Assembly: GCA_020854825.1 (NCBI GenBank)
Contig: JAHKLY010000001.1
Coordinates: 186,844-250,843 of the forward strand
From: Candidatus Micrarchaeota archaeon
GTDB taxonomy: Archaea; Micrarchaeota; Micrarchaeia; Anstonellales; JAHKLY01
Length of the DNA: 64,000 nt
Direction of reading: 5' to 3'
Part shown: positions 63,608 through 64,000 of the stretch, piece after piece
Numbering within the stretch: position 1 is the stretch's first letter
How the letters are laid out: the number at the start of each line of letters is the position of its first letter
Notes under the pieces: generated by a model
The model's database searches: none
Told to the model about the DNA's origin: nothing
The model's input: the letters and a program-made list of their open reading frames with translations, nothing else
Translations under genes and position numbers: made by a program

Positions 63608-64000
63608 ATGGCAAAGAAAAATAAAAAAGTTTCAAACTCATTCATGATTTTAATATGTGTTTTCTTTTCAGTCTTCGTATTTTTATCATATTTATCGTTT
63701 ATTGACAATGTAAAAACAGAAATAGTAGAAAGTGAACTTATTGAAGGATCTAAAGAATATACTTGTAATTGTGAAACTTTATCCTTAGGTGCAGCAGTTA
63801 ATTTTTATTATAATTCTTCTTATTCTGGTCTTGCGTTAACTAATACGTTTTTATTTTATATTTTATTTATGGTTTTAGGATATTCCTGCTTTAGAGAAAA
63901 ATTAGATTATAAAACAACTTTAAAGTATGCAGGTTTAGGAGCAATTATTGCAGTTATATTGATTTCTATATACATGATAAATTTTGAAAATGTTTTGGTA
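63608..64000 (+). CDS. Partial CDS: hypothetical membrane protein (runs off the right edge)
   Basis: ATG 63608 gives MAKKNKKVSNSFMILICVFFSVFVFLSYL..., with further TM segments. The frame is open to the window end. Confidence 0.5.
   Translation, partial: MAKKNKKVSNSFMILICVFFSVFVFLSYLSFIDNVKTEIVESELIEGSKEYTCNCETLSLGAAVNFYYNSSYSGLALTNTFLFYILFMVLGYSCFREKLDYKTTLKYAGLGAIIAVILISIYMINFENVLV

Noticed and set aside
1-64000. Alternative genetic code or stop-codon recoding
   Set aside because: Conserved genes (FtsZ, aIF5B, RuBisCO, Lhr, DnaG, Por subunits) are full length and terminate at TAA/TAG/TGA where expected. The only interrupted genes also carry frameshifts.

Overview
Strongly AT-rich, gene-dense segment of an archaeal chromosome. 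The archaeal assignment rests on Spt5, SecE, FtsZ, aIF5A, aIF5B, eS24, eS31 (S27ae), Kae1, Hjc, archaeal DnaG, an Sm protein, form III RuBisCO and intron-containing tRNAs. The small genes, tight operons and GGTGA Shine-Dalgarno usage suggest a DPANN-type lineage; that is inference, not a database result. I support about 75 protein genes, including 4 short or edge genes missing from the ORF track: SecE, S27ae, an AbrB-like protein and an edge NUDIX-like fragment. There are also 2 frameshifted pseudogene candidates. I saw no rRNA, CRISPR array, transposase or reverse transcriptase.

There are 4 tRNA genes, and all of them are interrupted: Leu has 1 intron, Ala 2, Tyr 3 and Val 3, including introns in the D-loop and T-loop.

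Main observations:
1. A minus-strand operon (31021-38890) encodes three large secreted proteins of no recognisable family. Two share a roughly 400-aa C-terminal module with an FGRDP motif and a beta-barrel-like tail. A possibly related 921-aa protein lies at 17562-20327.
2. A family of polypyrimidine/polypurine hairpin elements sits inside the tRNA introns and also stands alone in a 238-bp structured spacer (50169-50406).
3. A translationally coupled RHH-CysD-HIT-CysN-phosphodiesterase operon carries an embedded GC-rich patch. It lies next to the AMP phosphorylase / ribose-1,5-bisphosphate isomerase pair of the RuBisCO nucleotide-salvage route.
4. A GAF-GGDEF diguanylate-cyclase-like gene is present, which is rare in archaea.
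5. Two DUF4143-type AAA ATPase genes are associated with unusual repeats: 71-bp palindromic direct repeats flank one, and four 20-bp palindromes lie upstream of the other.

All functional calls come from reading motifs in the translations. No searches were run.
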